IMG/VR virus record: IMGVR_UViG_3300044723_005784
Span: 1 to 64,000 of that record
Source: a virus
Lineage: Duplodnaviria; Caudoviricetes
DNA: 64,000 bases
Direction: 5' to 3' (one strand)
Part shown: one piece after another, positions 1-10,358 of the stretch
How the letters are laid out: every line of letters starts with the position of its first letter
How positions within the stretch are numbered: the first letter of the stretch is position 1
The notes under the pieces: generated by a model
Databases searched by the model: none
What the model was told of the DNA's origin: nothing
The model's input: only the letters and a program-made list of their open reading frames with translations
Made by a program: the position numbers and the translations under genes

Positions 1-3000
1 ACAGTAAATGTTCCACCTTCACTGCTTACACTACCACTAATACCACTACCACTTGTAGCACCTGCTCCAACATAGTTACCAGTTGTATCAGTTCCTAGTG
101 CAACTGAGTTAGCTGCAATAGTTGCTGTTAGTGTAGCATTACCAAGGTTAGTAAATGTTGCACTTCCTGATAAATCACCAGCTAATGTTAGTGTTGGATC
201 TGCAGTAGCAGTTGTTGCAATAGTAACATCGCCTAGGTTAGTTAATGTACCTGATCCAGTTACTGCACCTGATAGTGTAATAGTTGGATCTGCTGTGTTG
301 GTTGTAACAATGTTAATTGCTGCACTGCCATCAAAGTTAGCAGTACCAGTTACAGCACCACTTACTTGGATTGCTCTAGCAGTTGTTAATGTTGCAGCAC
401 TACCAGTGGTGTTTTGGTTACCACCAGTATTGACACCTGGTAAGTTAATACTTGCACTTCCATCAAAACTAACACCACCTATGTTTCTTGCAGTTTCTAA
501 TGCAGTTGCAGTATCAGCATTTCCAGTAACATCACCAGTTACATCACCAGCAAAAGCTGCACTTGTTAGTGTACCAGTACTTGGATTATAAGTTAAGTCT
601 GCATCATGATGTACTGCTGTTACTGCACCACTTGTAATATCACCAAAGTAAAGTTGTTCTTCAGCGTTTGTAGTGGTGTCACTTGTAGTTGTTGCACCTG
701 CTGCTGCCCAACTTAGTGTGCCTGCGGCATTACTAACTAGTGCATATCCACTTACTGCCGCATCTGCACTTGGTAGTGTCCAAGTAATGTCACTTGCCAC
801 AGTACCAGCACTCTGGAATGCAACAAAATTACTAGCGTCACTATCATAAAATCTTATGTCACCTTGTGGTCCAAGTAAAACATCGTCAATATGTGCCTCT
901 GCCCAGCGATTAGTAGCACTACCTAAGTCTCTGCTACCGTCTGTATCTGGAATAATATCCGAACCAATTTCAGCACCTAATGTAATAGTATCTGTATTAG
1001 CATCACCTAATGTAATGTCACCATTTGCAGTAATATCACCAGTAGCAACAATGTTTCCTGTTACACTAAGTTGTGTAGCATTAAGTGTCATTTTTTCACT
1101 ACCACCAACATCAAAGCGTATGATGTCTTCATCTGCTGACTCTTCAACTTGGATCTGTGTATCGCCATCAGTATCTGCTATAGTAGTTACCGTAGTACTA
1201 GTTGTAAACTTACGAACCTCAATTGTGTCACCACTTAGTGGTGCTTCGTCAAGTGTCATTGTTCTGTTGCCAGTCCCACTTAGTGCATATGCACTAGTAT
1301 CCTGTGAAACACCGTTAATAAACACCAGGATACCGGCTGCTGAATAATCTTCACCGCCTGCTGTTGCAGCAAGTGTAAATGCAGTATCACTACCATTACC
1401 ACTAAACTGTTCTGTAGTAGCAATTGTAAATGCACTGGATACACTTTCCCAGCTATCGGAATCATAAAATTCTAGACCGCCTACTGTTGAGTTATAACGG
1501 AACATACCGGTTACTCCTGTAACAGGACGTTGTGCTGTGGTACCTGATGCTATAATCATTGCACCTGTATCATTGATGTGTAGAATAGCGTTGGCATTTG
1601 GTGCTCCACCAATACCAATGTTATCCTGACTAGCGTCAATTGTTAATAGTGAAGTATTTGTATCACCTTCAACAATAAAGTCAACGTTTGCGCCTGCTTC
1701 GTTTACACGAATTGAACTAGTTGCTGTGCCGTCTATGGCAAGGATGCCTGTACCGTTTGTAATAGTTGTGTTTGTACCATCGTGGTTGATAGTAAAGTCA
1801 TTGCCTGTACCAACTCTAAGTGAGCCAGCGTCTGCAATGTCAACGTTGCTTGATGCTGTAATAGTACCTGTAACAGCTAGTGTTGAACCATTGAATGTTA
1901 AGTTACCGCTATCTTCTAGTTCACCGCTAGTTCCTGCTAGTACTACACGACCACTTGTAAGATCGCTTATTGCTGCACTTGACAATGTAGCTGCACCTGA
2001 ACTCAATGTACCAGTTGTAGCAACGTTACCTGAGGTATCAGCAACAGTAAATGCGCCATCAACATCAATGCCACCGTCTAGACTTGCTAGCCCACTAACG
2101 TTCACAACACCAAGTGTTGAAGTACCATCAACTGTTAATGTACCGTTTGTACTTACGTTACCGTCCATTGCGATATCAAGACCAGTAGCACCATAACCAC
2201 CACCAACTTCAAAGGTTGTACCATCGAATGTTAGGTTTGCGTCATCTTCGAGTTCGCCACTTGCGCCTGCAATAACGATTCTGTTATCAGTTAGGTCACT
2301 AACTTGTGCGCTTGAAAGAGTTGCTGCTCCTGAACTTAGTGTACCAGTTGTAGCAACGTTACCGCTTGTGTCTGCAACAGTAAATGCTCCGTCTACATCA
2401 ATACCACCATCTAGTGAGGCAAGTCCTGAAACATTAACTACACCAAGTGTTGAAGTGCCGTCAACTGTTAATGTACCATTGGTGCTAACATTACCATCCA
2501 TAGCAATGTCAAGACCAGTTGAGCCATAACCGCCACCCACTTCAAAAGTAGTACCGTCAAATGTTAGGTTAGCATCGTCTTCTAGCTCACCGCTAGCACC
2601 TGCAATAACGATTCTGTTATCGGTTAGGTCACTAACTTGTGCACTTGACAATGTAGCTGCACCTGAACTTAGTGTACCAGTGGTTGCTACGTTACCTGAT
2701 GTGTCTGCTACGGTAAATGCTCCGTCTACATCAATACCACCATCTAGTGAGGCAAGTCCACTTGCGTTAATAACACCAAGTGTTGAAGTACCATCAACTG
2801 TTAGTGCTCCATTAGCTTGGATAGCACCTGCTGCACTAATTGTTACACCAGTTGAGCCGTATCCACCGCCTACTGTTGCATCGTTTAGTGTTGCTGTACC
2901 GCTTGTACTAATTGTGCTTACTGTAATACCAGCATCTGTATATGTGATATCACCAGTTGCACTTGCTACGGCTGTAGTTGTACCAAAAGCGAACTTATCA

Positions 3001-4874
3001 GCTGATTCGTCCCAAATAAACAATGCGTTATCACCAGTGGAACCACGTTCCATAATAATACCCATATCATTTGCGTTCGAACCTGCCCCAGTGTTAAGTT
3101 CAATAAGTGTATCTTCAACTACTGTGTTTGTTGAACTTAGTGTAGTAGTTGTACCATTAACAACCAAGTTGCCTGTAACTGTAAGTACACCACCGATGGT
3201 AACATCGTCTGGTAAACCAATAGTAACGATTGGGCCACTGCCGCCTGTTGTGACTGCGGCTGTTGTTTCATTTGCTGTAGCAGTAAATGTAATTGTATCA
3301 CCGAGGATAAATGTATCACTTGCACTTCCATCAGTAATAGTAGTATTGGTACCTGATGTTTGTGAGTCAACATATGCTTTTGTTGCTGCATCCTGTGCAC
3401 TTGTTGGGTCTGTAACATTAACAATCTTACTTGTATCAACATTAATAGTACCTGAACCTTTTGGACTTAGTACTAGGTTAATATTTGTATCACTACCTGT
3501 TGTGGTAATAGTTGGATGACCGCTTGCTGCTGCGTTTGCATAAGTAATTTCATTAACTGCACTTGCTGTTGTTGTAAAGATAATAAGTTCGTTACCGTTA
3601 GCATCAGCAATAAAGCCGCCGTCTGCAATTTTTGGTGCTGTTAGTGTCTTGTTAGTTAGAGTAACAGTGTTTGTTAGAGTTGCAAAACTATCATCACTTA
3701 GAGCAGTATTAAACTCTGCTGTAGTACCTGTTAGTGTACCCTCGCTAAGATCAAGTGTTAGTGTATTGCTATCACTATTGATTGTCTTGTTTGTAAGTGT
3801 ATCTGTTGTTGCTTTACCAACTAATGTATCTGTAGCAGCAGGCAATGTAAGTGTTACATCTGCTGTACTTGCAGGACCAATAAGTGTTACTGCATTTGAA
3901 CCATTGTCACTGTCCTCAAAAAACTTAACAAAACCTGCGCTGGTAGCACCATTCTTGATGTCCATACCTGCGTCTATTGTTGGTGTGGTAAGTGTCTTAT
4001 TAGTTAATGTAACAGTGTTTGTTAGAGTTGCAAAACTATCATCACTTAATGCGGAGTTAAATTCTGCTGTTGTACCTGTTAGTGTGCCTTCACTGAGATC
4101 AAGTGTTAGTGTATTGCTATCACTATTGATTGTCTTGTTTGTAAGTGTCTTTGTACTTGCTGATAAAAATGTATCTAGTGTAGCAACACTGGTTTGTTTC
4201 ATAGTGCCACCATCATTAGTTACAAGACCGTCGCCACTAGCAAAAGCATCAGTGCCTACACTTGTGTCACCATCCATAATGTTGAGTTCAGCTGCTGTTG
4301 CTGTAATGCTTGAGCCACCAATTTGTAGTGTAGTAGCATTAACTTCACCACTGCCACCATAAATTACGGCCTTGCTGTTAACAATCGTACCAGCTACTGA
4401 TGTGTCAAGTAGGTTAAGTTCAGCCGCCGTACTTGTTAATGTTGTTGTACCATCATTAAGTGAAGCATATACTATTGCGTTAGCGTGAAAGCCTGCGTAT
4501 GCACTAATTGCAAGGTTTCCAGCAGTATCGCCGTCTTCTGCCCCCACATCAGCAACAATAAATTCATCTGCGCTTTCGTCCCACACAAATGCAACGTTAT
4601 TTGAATCACCTCTATCAATAAGTAGTCCTGAATCCTCAGTTGGTGAGCCAGTTGTGCCTTGAGCAAGAGTAATAAGTGCGTCATCAACCCTTGTATTTGT
4701 TGTTGCAACAGCAACAGTTGTGCCGCTAACTGTTAGATTGCCACTAACTGTTAAATCACTACCATAAGTTAAGTTATTAGCTAACTTTCCTCCAGAAACA
4801 GCTAGGTTAGCAATTTTTGCTTCGGTAACTGCACTGTCAGTTAATTGGTTAGTTTTAATTCGTGTTAATGCCAT
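1..4874 (-). CDS. Long repeat-rich tail fibre / virion fibre protein (partial, runs off window start, >1600 aa)
   Basis: Absent from the ORF track because its stop lies outside the window. ATG at 4874 follows a GGAG SD and a CATAAATA late promoter. It reads MALTRIKTNQLTDSAVTEAKIANLAVSGGKL... and is Gly/Thr/Ser-rich, with GNLTVxGTTT, TLTNKT, DAATKAYVD and GDGSDTAFTL fibre motifs. The frame was spot-checked, not read codon by codon. Confidence 0.8.
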   Translation of the reverse strand, partial: MALTRIKTNQLTDSAVTEAKIANLAVSGGKLANNLTYGSDLTVSGNLTVSGTTVAVATTNTRVDDALITLAQGTTGSPTEDSGLLIDRGDSNNVAFVWDESADEFIVADVGAEDGDTAGNLAISAYAGFHANAIVYASLNDGTTTLTSTAAELNLLDTSVAGTIVNSKAVIYGGSGEVNATTLQIGGSSITATAAELNIMDGDTSVGTDAFASGDGLVTNDGGTMKQTSVATLDTFLSASTKTLTNKTINSDSNTLTLDLSEGTLTGTTAEFNSALSDDSFATLTNTVTLTNKTLTTPTIDAGMDIKNGATSAGFVKFFEDSDNGSNAVTLIGPASTADVTLTLPAATDTLVGKATTDTLTNKTINSDSNTLTLDLSEGTLTGTTAEFNTALSDDSFATLTNTVTLTNKTLTAPKIADGGFIADANGNELIIFTTTASAVNEITYANAAASGHPTITTTGSDTNINLVLSPKGSGTINVDTSKIVNVTDPTSAQDAATKAYVDSQTSGTNTTITDGSASDTFILGDTITFTATANETTAAVTTGGSGPIVTIGLPDDVTIGGVLTVTGNLVVNGTTTTLSSTNTVVEDTLIELNTGAGSNANDMGIIMERGSTGDNALFIWDESADKFAFGTTTAVASATGDITYTDAGITVSTISTSGTATLNDATVGGGYGSTGVTISAAGAIQANGALTVDGTSTLGVINASGLASLDGGIDVDGAFTVADTSGNVATTGTLSSGAATLSSAQVSDLTDNRIVIAGASGELEDDANLTFDGTTFEVGGGYGSTGLDIAMDGNVSTNGTLTVDGTSTLGVVNVSGLASLDGGIDVDGAFTVADTSGNVATTGTLSSGAATLSSAQVSDLTDNRIVIAGASGELEDDANLTFDGTTFEVGGGYGATGLDIAMDGNVSTNGTLTVDGTSTLGVVNVSGLASLDGGIDVDGAFTVADTSGNVATTGTLSSGAATLSSAAISDLTSGRVVLAGTSGELEDSGNLTFNGSTLAVTGTITASSNVDIADAGSLRVGTGNDFTINHDGTNTTITNGTGILAIDGTATSSIRVNEAGANVDFIVEGDTNTSLLTIDASQDNIGIGGAPNANAILHINDTGAMIIASGTTAQRPVTGVTGMFRYNSTVGGLEFYDSDSWESVSSAFTIATTEQFSGNGSDTAFTLAATAGGEDYSAAGILVFINGVSQDTSAYALSGTGNRTMTLDEAPLSGDTIEVRKFTTSTTVTTIADTDGDTQIQVEESADEDIIRFDVGGSEKMTLNATQLSVTGNIVATGDITANGDITLGDANTDTITLGAEIGSDIIPDTDGSRDLGSATNRWAEAHIDDVLLGPQGDIRFYDSDASNFVAFQSAGTVASDITWTLPSADAAVSGYALVSNAAGTLSWAAAGATTTSDTTTNAEEQLYFGDITSGAVTAVHHDADLTYNPSTGTLTSAAFAGDVTGDVTGNADTATALETARNIGGVSFDGSASINLPGVNTGGNQNTTGSAATLTTARAIQVSGAVTGTANFDGSAAINIVTTNTADPTITLSGAVTGSGTLTNLGDVTIATTATADPTLTLAGDLSGSATFTNLGNATLTATIAANSVALGTDTTGNYVGAGATSGSGISGSVSSEGGTFT
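1981..2880 (-). repeat. Three tandem 333-nt (111-aa) intragenic repeats, third partial
   Basis: Equivalent positions at 1981, 2314 and 2647; units encode SLDGGIDVDGAFTVADTSGNVATTGTL and differ mainly at synonymous sites. Confidence 0.85.
3643..4148 (-). repeat. Duplicated ~158-nt TLTNKT-type module, 348 nt apart
   Basis: 3643-3800 and 3991-4148 both encode TLTNKTINSDSNTLTLDLSEGTLTGTTAEFNxALSDDSFATLTNTVTLTNKT. Confidence 0.85.
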
Positions 4875-4911
4875 AGTTTAGAATTCCTCCAGATACGTCA
4901 TATCTTAGAGA

Positions 4912-4919
4912 TATTTATG
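4912..4919 (-). promoter_or_regulatory. T4-type late promoter variant (CATAAATA)
   Basis: Lies about 40 nt upstream of the fibre ATG at 4874. Confidence 0.6.
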
Positions 4920-5037
4920 CTATCCTAGCATTTTATAATGCACTCATAGAAATAGTACGCAAGAAGTTTAGTTTAATTTCTACGTTTTATAAAGGGTTGG
5001 GGGGATTTGTTGTAGTAGTTAACTACACGTTTATTTA

Positions 5038-6306
5038 TCAGATTAGGTTGGCCCAGCTGCCGTTTTCGTAACCTTGAAATTTGTTATCTGTTGTGTTGTA
5101 TATAAGCATACCGTTAGCTGCTGATAGGGCATTCCGTTGTGTAGTGGTCATACTTGCTAATTGTACAGCCGTACTAAATGCTGTTTTAGTACTAGTCATA
5201 GTTGCTACTTGTGTGCCAGCAGCATCAAAACGTATGGTATCATCGTCAGTGCCTTCTTCTAGCTGTATTTTAGTATCAAGATCAGCATCCTGTAGTTTTG
5301 CAACATCAACTGTGGCGCCACTAAAGAAGTTTCTAGTTTGTATAGAGTCTCCCGTAGCAGGCGCTTCACTAAACGTTAGTGTTGTGCCGCTAACTGAATA
5401 AGTGTCTGTTTCCTGAACAACACCGTTAACACTTACGATCAATGATGCTACAGATGCGGTTGATGTTAGGCTAAACGTTGTATCACTATCATCTCCTGCA
5501 AATTCATCTAATACAATACTACTGCCGCCCGCTCCAACATTTGTCCAAGCTGACCCGTTATACACCTCAACCACATTTGAACCACTATTAAACCGTAGCA
5601 TTCCAGCTTGGCCAGTGGGTCGTTGTCCAGTTGTGCCAACCGGAACAATTAAGCCACTAGTGGCATCTATAGCAACGTATCCTGTGCCTGCAGGCTCAAT
5701 AATAATTTCTTCGTTGGTATTCGTTGTTTGTATACGGTTATCAGTAAAAGTAAATGCACCTGTGTCACCACCTACTCCATAATCTCCAATATATCGGGCG
5801 CCTTCTACATATACACTGTTCCCACTAAAACTTTTACCATTTGGCAAGTTTGTACCGATGAAGTTAAGTACACCTGATTCATAGTCAAAGAACCATTCAT
5901 CATCGTTGCCACTGCCTGTAACAAATACTTTGTTACCAATTACAGCAGCGCCTGCTGCATCACCACTGGTGTGGATGTATATACTAACAATATATGTACT
6001 ACCAAATTGAGGAGGGATCCAACCGGTTAGTCCTGTTTTCCAGGTTCTACTTGTAGTAGCAGTATTATCTTCTGTTGTTTCTACAACATTAGCACCAGTA
6101 TAAACTTGCACAATGCTGCTTGTACTACTAGGTCTTACTGCTGGAATTTGATCTGATTGTTGCCAAACTCTGTCACCGCGTATGAGTAGCGGACTTGGAA
6201 TCGCTTCGTTAGGAGCAAGTTTGTTAGCGTTGGTGTCAGTTTTAGTTGCACCATAACCAATTTTCTTAAAGAGATAGTCAATTTTTTGGTTGTCAGTAAT
6301 AGCCAT
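5038..6306 (-). CDS. Virion structural / fibre-associated protein
   Basis: 422-aa ORF with VPVGTTGQRP...GMLRFN, AGDDSDTTFSL and DADLDTKIQLEEGTDDDTIRFD modules shared with neighbouring fibre proteins. Confidence 0.7.
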   Translation of the reverse strand: MAITDNQKIDYLFKKIGYGATKTDTNANKLAPNEAIPSPLLIRGDRVWQQSDQIPAVRPSSTSSIVQVYTGANVVETTEDNTATTSRTWKTGLTGWIPPQFGSTYIVSIYIHTSGDAAGAAVIGNKVFVTGSGNDDEWFFDYESGVLNFIGTNLPNGKSFSGNSVYVEGARYIGDYGVGGDTGAFTFTDNRIQTTNTNEEIIIEPAGTGYVAIDATSGLIVPVGTTGQRPTGQAGMLRFNSGSNVVEVYNGSAWTNVGAGGSSIVLDEFAGDDSDTTFSLTSTASVASLIVSVNGVVQETDTYSVSGTTLTFSEAPATGDSIQTRNFFSGATVDVAKLQDADLDTKIQLEEGTDDDTIRFDAAGTQVATMTSTKTAFSTAVQLASMTTTQRNALSAANGMLIYNTTDNKFQGYENGSWANLI

Positions 6307-9300
6307 TACGCAGCAACTCCTATACTAAGAGCAGTTATGCTTTGTCCACTTGTTAGTGCAATACGCACCAAGCAAACGTTTCCTGTTGCATTACTGAGGT
6401 TTGCAGTACCCAGTGTCATTGTATATCCACCACTTAAACTGCTGCCTGTTGGGATAACGTCAGCGCCAGTAAATGCACCACCGTTTGATCCATTTCCGCC
6501 GTTACCTGTATCACTGCCTGGCAAGCCTACACCGTTATACTGTGTGGTTGCTTCAATCCATCCGTTAAGTCCACTACTGTCATCCATTGTAGTACCAGGT
6601 GCAGCATACCAACATCCTGCAATACCACTTGAACTTGTAATATTAATATCAAAGTTTGCAGTAGTTGTTCTTCTCCAAGCAAATGTAAAATATTGTGTGC
6701 CTGTGTCACCGCTACGATCTGGACCTGCAGGCAAGAAACCACTACTGTAATCTGTTACATCATGTTTAAGCACGCCCAATCTGATGGTTGCTTCTTTTGT
6801 ACCGCTAACGCCTGGATCTGCACTTTCAGTGTATGGGCTGTTTGTGTAAAAGTTTGTTGCACTGTTGTAACTTGGTGTATCTGTTGTTGCTGCGCTAAAG
6901 TCAAATACACGCACAGCATCATCATCAAAGCCTGCGCCTAAACTATCACTTACTGCAATAGCAATCTCACTGATGCCGCTTTGCGCCGCAGTGTGTACTT
7001 GCAACTTAGTTGACAGTTCACTGTATGAACTAATACCGTTTACATTTCTTGCTCTTGCTTTGATAGTTTCAACTGTGCGTACACTGCTACTTGTAATAGG
7101 AACACTCAAATCCCCAATAGCATAAGCACTGCTTGTGCCAGTGTTTACTTTTGGCGTACCACTATCTAGCATAGTTGTTGCACCATCAATGTCACTGTAA
7201 CTGTAGTCGTTTGCATTACTTGCTGCACTGCTTGTGCCTTCAGCATTTGTGCCGCTGTCTACTTCAACAATATTTGTTTGGTTTGTGTATGCTTGTCCAA
7301 CAAGATCATTAATGGTCATTCCTGTAATGTTTACAGTTGGACTACCTGTGTTATAGTAAGGTATACCACTAACATACCTAAATGTTCCATTGGTGCCTGC
7401 ACTTAATGACCCCACCGTTCCGAATGTTGGTGTTGCAGTCAAATCATCTTTAAGCAAATGAACATAGTTTGTGTTGCCTGTGGTAGTATGTGTTAGACGT
7501 TGCGCACTAAGACCTGTGCTATATCCACTAAGTGCTTTTGTAATTTTAGCACTTGCTACTAGGTACAATCTCTGAGGGTAACTGCTTACTACTTGATCAT
7601 AGTCAACATTGCTACTTACAACAAGACTAGTAAACGTTCCTGTCTCACCTTCACTTGCAGTAAATGCTTTTGTGCCATCATCACTTGCATTAATTTCTGC
7701 AGCGAGTGTTCCTGTTGCACCGTTATAAAAATTGCTTGCTGTACTTGTATCAATTGTGCCGCTGGTATAGCGTCTTGCAGTTGTTGTGTTTAAGTCAGCT
7801 GCAACGCTTAAGGTAGTTGCACTGCTAGTATTGTCTGTAAAACCATGTGCTAGTCTTGGCAGTGTGCCCTGCGCACTATCGCTTAGTGTAATACTCTTAG
7901 CACTCAAACTTGCCGGTGCTGCAGGTGTTGCTTTTAAATTAAATGTAATACCTGTGTCTACATCTGTTTGCGCAGTGAGATCAGGTGTGCCATTTGCAGT
8001 AAAGCTCAAGTTATAGTTTGCTGTGCCTTCTCCTGCATAATCATGGTCAAGTGTTGCACCGATACTACCAGGCGAACTGCCATCTTCTGTGACAGTGTCA
8101 TTGCTGCTTGAATCATCCCAATCATATACATAGTCATCTGCATTTTGACTTGTGTTTGTTACACGCACTATAGCACGGTTTACACTGTCCAAGTCAGTAA
8201 AATCGTAAATTGTAAATGCATTATCACCACTGCCGGTGTTGACTGTGACTGCGGTACCAGCAATGTTTGCTCTAACATCTGGCTCAACGTGTACTGTAAA
8301 TGTGCTACTAATAAATGGGCTGCTTGTGTGATTACTAATTACACGCAAGTTTCCAGTAAAGTCTTGTGCATTGCCGTTTGCCTGGTCACTGCTAGTTAAT
8401 GCATAGGTGTGACTAAGTGCAACGTTTCTGTCACCTGCCGAGCCGCTGCCAGCGTTTACGTTTACATTACTTGTACCGTCACCAAATTGGTACTGATATG
8501 TTATGCCATATGTTGCCTGGCTACCCACACCTGCTTCTGTTGTATTTGTAATTGCAACAACATGTCCGCTTGTAGATTCTTCATTTACGCCACTGTCATC
8601 ATCTAATGTTACACTGGGTGTATGTGTGTCATAAATTTCAAATGTGTCTGTGGTGTTTATTGGTATGACTGCAGGATCGGCAGTACTCATTGTATCAAGT
8701 GTTAGCCTAACAGTAAATTGCTGTTCAGTTTCTGTTGCAGTATCAAAAGTGTGTGCTATTCTAGCACCAGATTGACTACCTGCATCTGTGTCATTGCCAA
8801 TTACATCATCGCTTTGAGTATCGCCCCAATCCCAGGTCCATTGTATTGTTGCGCCGGCAATATCAGTATTTGTACTGTTATTCTGGAAGTAAATTGTTGC
8901 CCCATCATCCCAACTTGTAATAGCACTGCCGCCTGAACTTGCTGCATATGCTTCAAACGCTACAGTAGGATTTGGAGTGTATACTGCGATATAATCTGTT
9001 CTTGTAAAACTAGCACTACTACCTGCGCCACTGCCACTTGTATTACTTGCTGTAACTGTAATGCTGTGCGGACTGTCTGCAAAGTTTGTATATGTGTGAG
9101 TTGGAGTTGTACTTGAAGTTGTGTCATTACTAGAGCCATCGCCCCAGTCAATAACAAACTGGTTTGCATTTCCTACTGCGGTGATAGTAAGTGTTGCTAA
9201 AAATCCACTACCGCCTGCAGTAACATCTGATACAAAAGATACACTTTTAACAAATGTGTCGTTTCTGATATTCTCTGTAACTTCATTTAAATCATCAATA

Positions 9301-9845
9301 GCATCAGTTACTTTGGTGGTTGTAAGGAATCCTTGAAAAGCACCATCTGTAGTTAGACTGCTATCGGTAGGAGTGCCTAGTGTAATTTGCATACCAGTGC
9401 TAATACCGCTGCCGGCAACCTGTGCGTCTACATATGCTTTAATACTTTGTTGCGTGGATAGTGCAGTTGCACTATCACTGTTTAGATCATCTTCGTCTAG
9501 TATACTGCTTGCTGCTACACCACTTTGTAGTGTAATACTACCATCAATAGTAGTGTTTGCAATAATATCAACAACACCTGTGCCGTTTGCATCCAGTGTA
9601 AGGTCTGCGTTACTTACAGAACTTTCAATTTTGTTGCCAGCAATTGTAATTTGATCGAGAGTAAGCGTACCGCTGGAAATAGCAGTATCACCTATGACAT
9701 TTAATGTGCTTGAAGGACTTGCGGTTCCAATGCCAATACGACCATTGGAGTAATCAACTACGAGTGTATCGGTGTTAAATGTGAGATCACTATCTCGTTC
9801 TAGATTCGCTCTTAAGGCGTTACCACCTATACGACTTATAGCCAT
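6306..9845 (-). CDS. Large virion structural protein with tandem PKD-like (Ig-like) domains
   Basis: 1179 aa; repeated IDWGDG, WDWGD, YQFGDG and YDWDD motifs followed by HTY, typical of PKD domains; N-terminal RIGIGTASPS fibre motif. Confidence 0.75.
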   Translation of the reverse strand: MAISRIGGNALRANLERDSDLTFNTDTLVVDYSNGRIGIGTASPSSTLNVIGDTAISSGTLTLDQITIAGNKIESSVSNADLTLDANGTGVVDIIANTTIDGSITLQSGVAASSILDEDDLNSDSATALSTQQSIKAYVDAQVAGSGISTGMQITLGTPTDSSLTTDGAFQGFLTTTKVTDAIDDLNEVTENIRNDTFVKSVSFVSDVTAGGSGFLATLTITAVGNANQFVIDWGDGSSNDTTSSTTPTHTYTNFADSPHSITVTASNTSGSGAGSSASFTRTDYIAVYTPNPTVAFEAYAASSGGSAITSWDDGATIYFQNNSTNTDIAGATIQWTWDWGDTQSDDVIGNDTDAGSQSGARIAHTFDTATETEQQFTVRLTLDTMSTADPAVIPINTTDTFEIYDTHTPSVTLDDDSGVNEESTSGHVVAITNTTEAGVGSQATYGITYQYQFGDGTSNVNVNAGSGSAGDRNVALSHTYALTSSDQANGNAQDFTGNLRVISNHTSSPFISSTFTVHVEPDVRANIAGTAVTVNTGSGDNAFTIYDFTDLDSVNRAIVRVTNTSQNADDYVYDWDDSSSNDTVTEDGSSPGSIGATLDHDYAGEGTANYNLSFTANGTPDLTAQTDVDTGITFNLKATPAAPASLSAKSITLSDSAQGTLPRLAHGFTDNTSSATTLSVAADLNTTTARRYTSGTIDTSTASNFYNGATGTLAAEINASDDGTKAFTASEGETGTFTSLVVSSNVDYDQVVSSYPQRLYLVASAKITKALSGYSTGLSAQRLTHTTTGNTNYVHLLKDDLTATPTFGTVGSLSAGTNGTFRYVSGIPYYNTGSPTVNITGMTINDLVGQAYTNQTNIVEVDSGTNAEGTSSAASNANDYSYSDIDGATTMLDSGTPKVNTGTSSAYAIGDLSVPITSSSVRTVETIKARARNVNGISSYSELSTKLQVHTAAQSGISEIAIAVSDSLGAGFDDDAVRVFDFSAATTDTPSYNSATNFYTNSPYTESADPGVSGTKEATIRLGVLKHDVTDYSSGFLPAGPDRSGDTGTQYFTFAWRRTTTANFDINITSSSGIAGCWYAAPGTTMDDSSGLNGWIEATTQYNGVGLPGSDTGNGGNGSNGGAFTGADVIPTGSSLSGGYTMTLGTANLSNATGNVCLVRIALTSGQSITALSIGVAA

Positions 9846-9910
9846 AATCAGTTTATCTCCGCTATCTTGCGCTCACCTATTAACGTCCAAGGTGACAGGG
9901 TTTGTATGAT

Positions 9911-9918
9911 TATTTATA
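9911..9918 (-). promoter_or_regulatory. T4-type late promoter TATAAATA
   Basis: Exact T4 gp55 consensus 65 nt upstream of the ATG at 9845. Confidence 0.75.
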
Positions 9919-9920
9919 CT

Positions 9921-10358
9921 TTAGTGTGTGGTGCTATCAAACCCATGGATGACAGTTATAGTTTCACTGCCAGCGGGGGGACTAGTAAATGTAATAGTTG
10001 TGCCACTAACTGTGTATGCACTTGCTGGATTCTGATAAACATTACCAACTGCAACAATTACACGTTGTTCCTGATCACTTGCTACACTAGTGCTCATTGT
10101 AAATGCGGTAGTAGAGCCATCGCCAGTAAAACTATCCTGTGTAATAGCAATATTACCTTCTTTACTAAACTGAGTAAAGGCGCTACCATCAAAATATTCC
10201 ATCTTATTTGTGTCTGTATTAAAACGCAAATCTCCAGCCTTGCTTGCGGATGGTCTAGAAGCAGTAGTGCCGGCTGGTATTTCTACGGCGGCAGTATCCG
10301 AACTTTTTATCGTATCACCGCCGTCATTTCTGCCTTTTGTCTTTACAAAGCCAGCCAT
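9921..10358 (-). CDS. Small virion structural protein
   Basis: 145 aa; IPAGTTASRP...GDLRFNTD and FTGDGSTTAFT modules. Confidence 0.7.
   Translation of the reverse strand: MAGFVKTKGRNDGGDTIKSSDTAAVEIPAGTTASRPSASKAGDLRFNTDTNKMEYFDGSAFTQFSKEGNIAITQDSFTGDGSTTAFTMSTSVASDQEQRVIVAVGNVYQNPASAYTVSGTTITFTSPPAGSETITVIHGFDSTTH

Noticed and set aside
566-840. Diversity-generating retroelement template/variable repeat pair with ~54697-54970
   Set aside because: Differences are synonymous rather than adenine-specific, both copies are coding, and no reverse transcriptase is in the window
295-4362. Several long plus-strand ORFs (for example 279 aa and 237 aa)
   Set aside because: They are antisense shadows of the minus-strand fibre gene: Val/Pro/Ser-rich mirror translations with no SD or recognisable motifs
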